Shown: positions 63,643-64,000 of the stretch, piece by piece
How the letters are laid out: each line of letters begins with the position of its first letter
Position numbering within the stretch: the first letter of the stretch is position 1
Assembly (NCBI GenBank): GCA_035084275.1
Contig: CM068742.1
Location: forward strand, 154,566,001-154,630,000
Reading direction: 5' to 3'
Length of the DNA stretch: 64,000 nt
Origin: Hydrolagus colliei
Lineage: Eukaryota
Program-made: the position numbers and the translations under genes
The notes under the pieces: generated by a model
Database searches by the model: none
What the model saw: the letters and a program-made list of their open reading frames with translations, nothing else
What the model was told of the DNA's origin: nothing

Positions 63643-64000
63643 GTGAGTGTTGTCTACCTTTTCTGGTTTATTGTTTATCCTGTCTCTTCTCCGCTCGCAC
63701 TCTGGCTCTGGGTCAGGAAGAGGGGTGTTGGAGCCTCTACGTTGGGGAATTTGAGGTCACACAGTCCAGGCTGATGCTCCAGTGCAGCAATGGGGAGAGC
63801 GCTGCATTGTCAGAAGTGCTGTCCTTTGAATGCGATATTAAACTGAGATCAAGTCCATGTCTGATGAAGTTGTTTTGGTCAGCCACGTGCAGAAACACAT
63901 CTGTTTGTCAAGAGGATCGAAACTTGACTGAGAGGTCCTGTCACCTGTACATCTGGAATGGAACGTGCTGTTGAGAAGGAAATTTCTCTCTCCTTGTGTC

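Overview
Vertebrate genomic DNA, probably from a cartilaginous fish and possibly a chimaera; this is inferred from abundant L2 and CR1 LINE fragments and tRNA-derived SINEs with (ATT)n tails. The window is a + strand tandem array of Siglec-15-like immunoglobulin-superfamily receptor genes with a period of about 17.8 kb. I reconstructed four spliced 'A' genes by hand from GT-AG junctions and phase continuity: A1 2518-12485, A2 20133-28379, A3 37955-46200 and A4 55780 to beyond 64000. Their layout is leader, V-set 1, V-set 2, then one exon carrying C2 + acidic stalk + TM, then short cytoplasmic exons. Three damaged 'B' copies alternate with them. V1 and C2 carry Siglec-15 signature motifs (FTHPH, GNPRRND, CRVE with the sialic-acid Arg, CTAEGEPP). 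Unlike Siglec-15, these genes have a second V domain and ITIM-encoding exons. The signalling tails differ between copies. A1 keeps an ITIM exon (VIYSEV) between ~520-bp direct repeats but has a TAA in the next exon. A2-A4 lack that exon and share a TGA that removes every tail tyrosine at a position predicted to escape NMD. B2 could splice to a secreted single-V protein. Together this looks like a rapidly evolving inhibitory / tail-less / soluble paired-receptor cluster. All functional statements are inference, as no expression data were available.
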